Below, piece after piece: positions 21,305 through 28,106 of a DNA stretch of 64,000 nucleotides. Where the stretch lies: assembly GCA_947384775.1 (NCBI GenBank), contig CANDIF010000001.1, positions 121,976 through 185,975 on the forward strand, given 5' to 3'. The DNA is from an uncultured Clostridium sp. Lineage in GTDB: Bacteria; Bacillota; Clostridia; TANB77; CAG-508. A program made the position numbers and the translations under genes. The stretch's first letter is position 1. Every line of letters starts with the position of its first letter. The notes under the pieces are model-generated. The model made no database searches. It saw nothing but the letters and a program-made list of their open reading frames with translations, and was not told the origin of the DNA.

Positions 21305-22324
21305 TTATTTATTCTCCTTTTTAGTTGTTCTTTTGTTTGTTGTTCCTGATTTTTTTGTTGTAGATTTTGATGTGGTATTTGTTCTTTTAGTTGCAGGTTT
21401 AGCTGGTACTTTCTTTGCAGTTGTTGTAGTAGAAGATTTTTTTGTTGTTGATGTTTTAGTAGTATTTGTTTTTTTAGTTGTTGGTTTTTGTTTACTTTCA
21501 GATTTTGTATCTTCTATACTTGTTTTTTCTACCTTTTTAGAAGTAGCCTTCTTAGCAGGTGTGTTTTTAGTTTTATTACTTGTTGAAGAAGGTTTCTTTT
21601 TTACAGTATCTGTTTCTTTTTTTGTTGTAGCTTTAGTTGATGGTTTTGCTGGGTTTGCTGCTAAATCTTCTTTTGCCTTACTTGCTAAGTTTTGTTTTTT
21701 TGTTGCACTTTTTGTTTTAGTTTTTGCTATTTCTTTTCCTTCTTTTTTAGTTGCTGTAACCTTTCTTTTAGCTCTAGCTGCCACTGCTTTTTCAGTTCTA
21801 CTCTTAGAAGCTTTTTTTGCCATATTGTCTTGACTTTCTTTTTTTATTATTGTGTCTATATCATCATTTATTTTTAATGCTAAATTCTTTTCTTTATTAT
21901 AAATAACTATTATTTTTATTATATAGTATACTGTCATTAATAATATGCAAGAAATAATTGTTATTTTATTAAACACATAATATATATATGGTGCAAATAA
22001 CGAAATTAATGCAAATATAAGTATTTCTAAACCTATTAGTGCATATTTTCCATCGTCTTTTTTATATCCTATTTCAAAAATAGCTATAGTAACTATTAAT
22101 AAAATAGATGCTGAAATATGGTATATTACTTCTGCAATATTTTTAGAAATATAAAATGTTGCCAAATAGTAAGATAGCATTAAAATTATAAAAGAAACTC
22201 CAATAGCAAAATTTGAAATCAATCTTCCAAATATTGCTTTTTGATTTTCTTTTGATAAAGTTCTCTTTTCTCGTATTTTTTCAAAATTTGTTATTGTGTT
22301 CTTTTTCAATTTTTTGTCCCCCAT
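21305..22324 (-). CDS. Membrane protein with ~170-aa Lys/Thr/Ala/Ser-rich, histone H1-like, low-complexity C-terminal tail
   Basis: 339 aa; 4-5 TM helices in the N-terminal half, then KKATSKK/TTKK repeats. Confidence 0.55.
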   Translation of the reverse strand: MGDKKLKKNTITNFEKIREKRTLSKENQKAIFGRLISNFAIGVSFIILMLSYYLATFYISKNIAEVIYHISASILLIVTIAIFEIGYKKDDGKYALIGLEILIFALISLFAPYIYYVFNKITIISCILLMTVYYIIKIIVIYNKEKNLALKINDDIDTIIKKESQDNMAKKASKSRTEKAVAARAKRKVTATKKEGKEIAKTKTKSATKKQNLASKAKEDLAANPAKPSTKATTKKETDTVKKKPSSTSNKTKNTPAKKATSKKVEKTSIEDTKSESKQKPTTKKTNTTKTSTTKKSSTTTTAKKVPAKPATKRTNTTSKSTTKKSGTTNKRTTKKENK

Positions 22325-22330
22325 TATTTT

Positions 22331-23068
22331 TTAATCTAACTCATATATTAATATACTGCTTAAATATATAGATGCAGTTTCTGTTCTCAAAATTCGTTTT
22401 CCCAAAGTTATTATCTTTGCTCCTGTTTGTTTCAATTTATTTACTTCTTCTTCTTCAATTCCACCTTCTGGTCCAATTACTAATCCTATTTTTAAATTAT
22501 TTTTATTCAACTTGCTAATTTCATTTTTTAATGTGTTTTCTATTTCTTTCTCATATGCTACTAATACTATATCATATTTTTCGACTAATTGACAGAGTTT
22601 TTGAAAATTTATTACATTTTCCACTTTAGGAATTGCACTTCTGCCACTTTGCTTAGCGGCAGATTCTGCAATTTTTTGCCATCTATCAATTTTTTTATTT
22701 TCATTCTTGTTGTCTATTTTGACAATGCATCTATTCATTATTACTGGAACAAATTCACTTGCTCCTATCTCTGTACATTTTTGTATTATAAATTCCATTT
22801 TTTCAGCTTTGGGCAATCCTTGGAAAATTGTAATTTGTATATTAGGTTCTGTATTGTAACTTTCTTTACTTAAAATTTTACATTTAATAGATTCATTTTC
22901 AAAAAGACTTATTATGCATTTATAATTTTCACAAGTATCAATATTACATATTAAAATTTCTTCATTTTCCTTCATTCTCAAAACATTTTTTATATGTTTT
23001 ACATCTTCTCCTATTAAAATTATATTGTCGTCTTGAATTTGATTGTTGTTTATAAAAAATTTTGGCAT
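22331..23068 (-). CDS. rsmE: 16S rRNA (uracil1498-N3)-methyltransferase
   Basis: 245 aa; PUA-like N-terminus and SPOUT C-terminus (GPEGG). Confidence 0.85.
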   Translation of the reverse strand: MPKFFINNNQIQDDNIILIGEDVKHIKNVLRMKENEEILICNIDTCENYKCIISLFENESIKCKILSKESYNTEPNIQITIFQGLPKAEKMEFIIQKCTEIGASEFVPVIMNRCIVKIDNKNENKKIDRWQKIAESAAKQSGRSAIPKVENVINFQKLCQLVEKYDIVLVAYEKEIENTLKNEISKLNKNNLKIGLVIGPEGGIEEEEVNKLKQTGAKIITLGKRILRTETASIYLSSILIYELD

Positions 23069-23089
23069 ATATTCTCCTTTTGAAAAATA

Positions 23090-25216
23090 TTATCTTCCTT
23101 CTGTATCTCCTTGAGTAGTTCCAGATAAATTAGTTTTATTATCTTCATGTTGTTCCATATCTTTTGCCAATTGTGCAACTACATGATTTTGTCCAGCTTC
23201 TTCTGGTGGTATTCTAGTAGATGTTTTTTCTAGGTCTTCTTTACTTAATACACCTGTCCTTATTGCCAATTCAGTAAACGCAGTATCAGACATTCCACTA
23301 ATATAATCTGTTGCAACTTGCATAGCCATATGTCTTTCCATAAAGTTTCTCTCATTATCTATTAGCATTTTTGTAACTTCATCACGTTGTTCTGCTGTAA
23401 TATCTAAAGAACCATATTTAAGTTTTATTCTATCTCTAACAGCTTCTACTCGACTTATATATCTACCAACATATAAACTCTTTTCATCATGTTCTTCTGG
23501 ATATTTAGGATCTAATGCCTTTTCTACTTTATCTTTTACTCTTTGTTCTATCGCTTGATATGTAAGAGTATATTGTCTTGCAAAACTTTCTCCCTGGTTT
23601 TGAAGATGTTCATAAATACTTGCAAATAATTCATATCTAGATTGAATTTTACTAACTGCTTGGTCTCCAGTAAATTTTTTATTTGAACTTCTAAAATTTC
23701 TTATGCCATACATTTTTCTCATTCTTAAATATCTTTCTTGAGCCTGCTCAACAGTTTCATTCGCCCTAGCTCCAACCTTCATACTTTCAGCAATCTCTTT
23801 ATCTCTGATAAATTCTCTAACAGTTGGGTCAAAGAATTTATTTCTAACAGCTCCTGTTGATATCAAACTTCCTGCAGACATTGCTGCTAGTCTTAAAGCT
23901 GCATTAGGTAGGGCTTCTTTTTGATATTGCCATTTAACATAAGGTGTATATGTTGCATAATTTATTTTTTTTGCTTTGAAAAAAATTCTTTCAGCAGTAG
24001 CAGAGAAGTGCGGAACTCCTGTTGCTACAGATTCTTTTAAAAGATCATTTATAAAATATTCTTGCATTCTTGTGGTTACTTCTGCAACAACACCAGAACG
24101 TAAACGTGATTTTTTACCTACAAATTCTCTTACTTTTTCCATTTCAGAATACATATATTGTAATTTTTCGTCAGTCAAGTTCGTCCCATACAAATGCTTC
24201 ATTCCTTGTAAATGTCTTTCAACAACTTCCATTGCAGCATCTTCATTATCCTCAAAATCAAGATCTTTTTCTCTTAATTCTGCAATAATTTCATTTGCTA
24301 TTCTTATTGCTCTTTGGTTTCCTGGAAGTCTTGCATCATCAAATAACTCCCTTAATCTTTTTTCTTTTATTTGATCAATAATAGTTCTTGCATTTGCAAT
24401 TTTTTCCTCGCTTGTACGAGCAAAAGATGTTGAGAACATTTCTCCAAATACTTCTAAATAATCATCAGGGAAATCCTTGTATATACCAAGTCTAAATCCA
24501 TCTTGTATGTCAGTTGCCAAATAGGCTATAACATCCGCATATTTAGCAAGTTTTCCTTCTGGAGTTTGTGCTACAAACTTATACTTATTAGTAGCATTTG
24601 CTGAAAGTAGTTTTTGTTCAACAGCTGTCCTTATATCAGGATACTCATCAGCTTCTCTATACATCTCAGCTGGAGATGCCTCTCCATCATGTGATATAAC
24701 AATATCCAAAAAGTAGTAAAATTCTTCTCTTAATTTATCTCTAAGATTAGGGTTTAATTCAATATTTGGAATTTTAGAAATAGCTTTTTCACATATGTCC
24801 TCACTCAATATTATTTCTACACCCTTAGCATTATGATGGAAAAATTGAGTATTGCTTAATCCTCCAATATCAGAAAATATAACTTCTCCTTCATGTCCAC
24901 TAAATGGATGCCCTGCATCATGCATTAACATTCCTGCATAAGCAAACTTAGAATTTAGTCCTAGTCCCTTTGCTAGTCTTCTTATAATATTAGCTGCATT
25001 TCTTACATGTGTAGCTCTTGATGTAACATGGCTTTCCAAAGAGCCTTTCGGCGTTGCCATTGGTTTTGTTTCTGCACGTTTCATAAAATTACTTTCATCA
25101 ATAGCTTCAATTAAGTATTGCATATATGGATCCCAAGTTAATTTCGTTCTTTGAACATTATTAGTTGGTGTTTCTTTAATATTATCTATTTCCATAAAAA
25201 ACCTCCATTTGAGCAA
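23090..25216 (-). CDS. dGTPase-like HD-domain triphosphohydrolase with long C-terminal extension
   Basis: 708 aa; HD motif ...HVRNAANI...MLMHDAGHPFSGHEGE typical of the Dgt family. About 200 extra C-terminal residues. Confidence 0.75.
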   Translation of the reverse strand: MLKWRFFMEIDNIKETPTNNVQRTKLTWDPYMQYLIEAIDESNFMKRAETKPMATPKGSLESHVTSRATHVRNAANIIRRLAKGLGLNSKFAYAGMLMHDAGHPFSGHEGEVIFSDIGGLSNTQFFHHNAKGVEIILSEDICEKAISKIPNIELNPNLRDKLREEFYYFLDIVISHDGEASPAEMYREADEYPDIRTAVEQKLLSANATNKYKFVAQTPEGKLAKYADVIAYLATDIQDGFRLGIYKDFPDDYLEVFGEMFSTSFARTSEEKIANARTIIDQIKEKRLRELFDDARLPGNQRAIRIANEIIAELREKDLDFEDNEDAAMEVVERHLQGMKHLYGTNLTDEKLQYMYSEMEKVREFVGKKSRLRSGVVAEVTTRMQEYFINDLLKESVATGVPHFSATAERIFFKAKKINYATYTPYVKWQYQKEALPNAALRLAAMSAGSLISTGAVRNKFFDPTVREFIRDKEIAESMKVGARANETVEQAQERYLRMRKMYGIRNFRSSNKKFTGDQAVSKIQSRYELFASIYEHLQNQGESFARQYTLTYQAIEQRVKDKVEKALDPKYPEEHDEKSLYVGRYISRVEAVRDRIKLKYGSLDITAEQRDEVTKMLIDNERNFMERHMAMQVATDYISGMSDTAFTELAIRTGVLSKEDLEKTSTRIPPEEAGQNHVVAQLAKDMEQHEDNKTNLSGTTQGDTEGR

Positions 25217-25431
25217 AATTGCTCTAATAAATATTTCTCATAAAGTACTCAGTAAAATGAATTTAATTAGTATTAAAAACCTATTAATACTATTTTATAT
25301 TTTATCATAAAATGGTGAAATTTGCAAAGTTTTCTGGTAATTTTATGTAAATAATTTCATTTTTCATTTTTAAAAGAATTAGCACTAACTCACTTTAGTA
25401 AATTAGTACATAAATATCTTCATATTATTAC

Positions 25432-25480
25432 TCACCAGCGGGCTGTAGGATAACCTACAGCCCGCTGGTTTTGTACAAAA
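25432..25480 (+). terminator. Perfect 14-bp GC-rich hairpin plus T-run at the edge of a higher-GC islet
   Basis: cagcgggctgtagg-ataa-cctacagcccgctgg-ttttg. Confidence 0.5.
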
Positions 25481-25507
25481 TTATTCGCACACAGTCTTGA
25501 CTCTTCT

Positions 25508-25939
25508 CTATTTAAGTTTATCAAATAGATTGTGGCACACCGTAAATGCTGCCACAAGAGAAAGAAGTGCATTTGCCACCCAAAATTGCCAAATTTGTAA
25601 TGCTGTGGGTAGCACAAACAGCATTAGTGAAAAAATGATAGTGAACGGAACGATAAAGCTGCACGCTTTTTCTGTGATTTTTTTCCACTTTTTCTGCCAG
25701 GTCACGCCAAAGAGCCCAAAATATATCCAGGCAGTCAGTGGCGCAATTGCCAGTTGAATGGTCCACATAGGAACAAACGCGTTGAAGTCGAATGGTAGTT
25801 CATGGCTTTCCAGCCAGACAAAGGTCACCAGTGTCAGCTGGAACAGGTATGCTGTTGCAATACCCGCTAAGATTGCCCATAGTTCATTGCCTTTCCGTTT
25901 CATGTGCTTTTCATCCTTTCTTGTAGCCAAGATTAACAT
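25508..25939 (-). CDS. Small 4-TM membrane protein, higher-GC islet gene. Likely real start is Met13 (25903), which has an RBS
   Basis: 143 aa (131 from the second Met), ~45% GC. Confidence 0.5.
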   Translation of the reverse strand: MLILATRKDEKHMKRKGNELWAILAGIATAYLFQLTLVTFVWLESHELPFDFNAFVPMWTIQLAIAPLTAWIYFGLFGVTWQKKWKKITEKACSFIVPFTIIFSLMLFVLPTALQIWQFWVANALLSLVAAFTVCHNLFDKLK

Positions 25940-26051
25940 AGGGCGAATTCCCTAATGACTGTGATTGTATCATATTTATGTTGATTTGTAAATTAGTATT
26001 TTTTAGATGTCTCTTTGAATGGAATTATTCGACACTAGTTTTATTTTTTTA

Positions 26052-26116
26052 CTGACATTCTGCCCCGTCCCTTCTGACACCTTCTGATGTCACTTGGGAC
26101 GGGGTCATTTGACATT
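26052..26116. repeat. REP-like repeat cluster A (right-end copy abutting the RAYT stop codon)
   Basis: tgacattctgccccgtccc + 2 x ccttctga iteron + inverted unit tgtcacttgggacggggtcatttgacatt. GC-rich 9-bp palindrome arms CCCCGTCCC/GGGACGGGG. Confidence 0.75.
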
Positions 26117-26789
26117 AATTATTATACAGCTTTCTTATTTTTTCTCTATTCATTTGTAATAATTGAGAAATTTTCCTTAGTGATAATCCATTATCTCTTT
26201 TTAATATCAACAGTAATTCTTTTAATTTTACTTTACTCTTTTTTAATTCGTTTATTTCTAAATTATTTTCTATCAAAAACCTTGCTATTAACTCTTGACA
26301 AATATTTTCATTGTCAACATCTAAAAATATATAACCGTCTTCTAGAACTTTATTTTCATCTTTGCAATCTGAATACGGATATTCTTTTGCTTGATTGCAT
26401 ATTCCTGCTTTTACAGGATTATTATGAATATAATTAATGCAATTGCATAATTATTCTTCACTATATATGCCTTCTGATTTATACCTATCTCTAAATACAT
26501 ATCCTACTCTTTTATGCTTATTATTATAGTATTGAGCATATTGAGTGTTAATTTTGTGCATATATTTACTAAGATTTTCTATGTTATCAGTTTGTAACAA
26601 CATGTGTGTGTGATTATTCATAATACAGTATGCTAATATATCTACATTTTCTTTCTTCGCTACTCTTTTCATCAATTCTATGTAATATTCTATATCTTCT
26701 TTTTTATCAAATATGTAACTCTTATTTATTCCTTGAGTTATAATATGAAAATATGATGTCTGTATATAACTTCTTGGAAATCTTGGCAT
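26115..26789 (-). pseudogene. REP-associated tyrosine transposase (IS200/IS605 Y1 family, RAYT-like) with C-terminal DnaA-domain-IV-like HTH; interrupted by an in-frame TAA at 26451-26453
   Basis: N-terminal 112 aa: PRFPRSYIQTSYFHI, HuH motif NHTHML, catalytic Tyr in VFRDRYKSE. In the same frame after the TAA the translation continues ...INYIHNNPVKAGICNQAKEYPYSDC... (conserved IS200 TnpA C-terminus) plus an HTH (LSLRKISQLLQMNREKIRK), ending at 26115. Confidence 0.7.
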
Positions 26790-26886
26790 TTCAGACTCAA
26801 CTCCTCTATCATCAAATTTTTTGTATTTATTCTACATTATTTTTCACAATAAATTTGTCGAAATTTGTCTTTAATCCGTTTATTTT

Positions 26887-27012
26887 TTTATGTCATTCTG
26901 CCCCGTCCCTTCTGACACCTTCTGACATTTTTTTATGTCATTCTGCCCCGTCCCTTCTGACACCTTCTGATGCCTTCTGACCCCCTTTTGACCTTTTGAC
27001 ACTTTTGACATC
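26887..27012. repeat. REP-like repeat cluster B (two tandem direct units upstream of the RAYT gene)
   Basis: 2 x tttatgtcattctgccccgtcccttctgacaccttctga, then decaying iterons ccttctga/ccccttttga/ccttttgac/acttttgaca. Confidence 0.75.
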
Positions 27013-27520
27013 ATTTAATCAAGTCTTCATTAATACACTCTAATATCCTTTCATATATACTATCAAAATCAATATTCATTAGTCTTTCATTTAACTTTAG
27101 ATACAATTGATTTTTTTCTTTTATGTGCATATTCTTTCTGTTATATACTCCTTGTAATTGTTCTATAACATAATTTAAATTGCGATTACCAATTATGTCA
27201 TTATATTTTTTTACTATATTTATGTTTTTAATTATATTTTCTTCAAGATTTTTAAATAGTTTTATATATATTTCTTCTTTTTCTTTAATGGAATAATTAT
27301 AATATTGCCTTATCAAAATATCTTCAATATTATTATTTTTATAAAATTTCACATGTATATAAATATTATAAAAACTATATATCAGATTTTCCCATTTTCT
27401 AAGTAAATTTACTCCACTTACATGTTCTTTGCTTGTTACCGTATTAACAATTTCATCTTTTATGCTTATTAATTTTCCCCAACTGTCATATGTATATGAT
27501 GTCACTTGGGACGGGGTCAT
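27011..27520 (-). CDS. Orphan RHS-derived fragment: N-terminus homologous to the RHS core region (SYTYDSWGKLISIKDE), remainder unrelated with no DPxGL
   Basis: 169 aa. Codons 1-7 (MTPSQVT) are encoded by the REP inverted unit. Residues 8-23 are ~90% nt-identical to 28861-28896 in the main RHS gene. Confidence 0.45.
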   Translation of the reverse strand: MTPSQVTSYTYDSWGKLISIKDEIVNTVTSKEHVSGVNLLRKWENLIYSFYNIYIHVKFYKNNNIEDILIRQYYNYSIKEKEEIYIKLFKNLEENIIKNINIVKKYNDIIGNRNLNYVIEQLQGVYNRKNMHIKEKNQLYLKLNERLMNIDFDSIYERILECINEDLIK

Positions 27521-27647
27521 TTGACATTAAATTCATTTTTCTCTATGTCATTCTGCCCCGTCCCTACTGACAAATTCATTTTTCTCTATGTCATTATGCC
27601 CCGTCCCTTCTGACACCTTCTGACACCTTCTGACACCTTTTGACATC
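27497..27647. repeat. REP-like repeat cluster C (one inverted unit + two direct units + four 10-bp iterons)
   Basis: tgtcacttgggacggggtcatttgacatta; 2 x aattcatttttctctatgtcatt[c/a]tgccccgtccc; ccttctgaca x3 + ccttttgacatc. Confidence 0.75.
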
Positions 27648-28038
27648 AATAGATAATATATTTGATTTTTTCACATATAATATATGTTATTTCATTATCT
27701 ATATTAGTTTCATTCCATTCCATGCTGTCTGCCCAAAAAATTAAATTATTATTCATATACATTTTTGCCCCATCTATATTATTAAAATATTTACTTTTAT
27801 CGTATATATGTATATTCATTTGTTTTATTCTTTCAAAATGTATTTCAATGGTACCTCCTAATTGACTTTTTAAAATCATCTTAATTTCACTTTCTTCGTC
27901 TTGTCTCATATATTTTCTTTCATCAACATACATACCTGTTTTACAAAAGAATTCTATTACGCAACTATCATGAAAATTATAAAATTTCTTCATTATTTCA
28001 TCAATATCATTTTGCGAAGTTACATTTTTCCAATCCAT
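27646..28038 (-). CDS. Putative cognate immunity protein for the RHS C-terminal toxin
   Basis: 130 aa, soluble, immediately 3' (68-nt gap) of the toxin-encoding end of the RHS gene, no recognisable family. Call is positional. Confidence 0.45.
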   Translation of the reverse strand: MDWKNVTSQNDIDEIMKKFYNFHDSCVIEFFCKTGMYVDERKYMRQDEESEIKMILKSQLGGTIEIHFERIKQMNIHIYDKSKYFNNIDGAKMYMNNNLIFWADSMEWNETNIDNEITYIICEKIKYIIY

Positions 28039-28106
28039 ATTTCTAAATTTTATATAATGAAATTATATTTCACTATATTCTCCTTTCTTTTATATACTTT
28101 TTTTAT

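Noticed and set aside
21333-21833. 166-aa plus-strand ORF (Phe/Val-rich)
   Set aside because: Antisense to the Lys/Thr-rich low-complexity tail; compositional artefact.
26087-26437. 116-aa plus-strand ORF
   Set aside because: Antisense to the in-frame continuation of the RAYT gene (conserved IS200 C-terminus on the minus strand). Low-complexity hydrophobic translation; artefact.
26069-27647. Short tandem 10-bp TTCTGACACC repeats as a CRISPR array
   Set aside because: Repeats are 10 bp, directly abutting with no spacers, and embedded in REP-like units. Not CRISPR.
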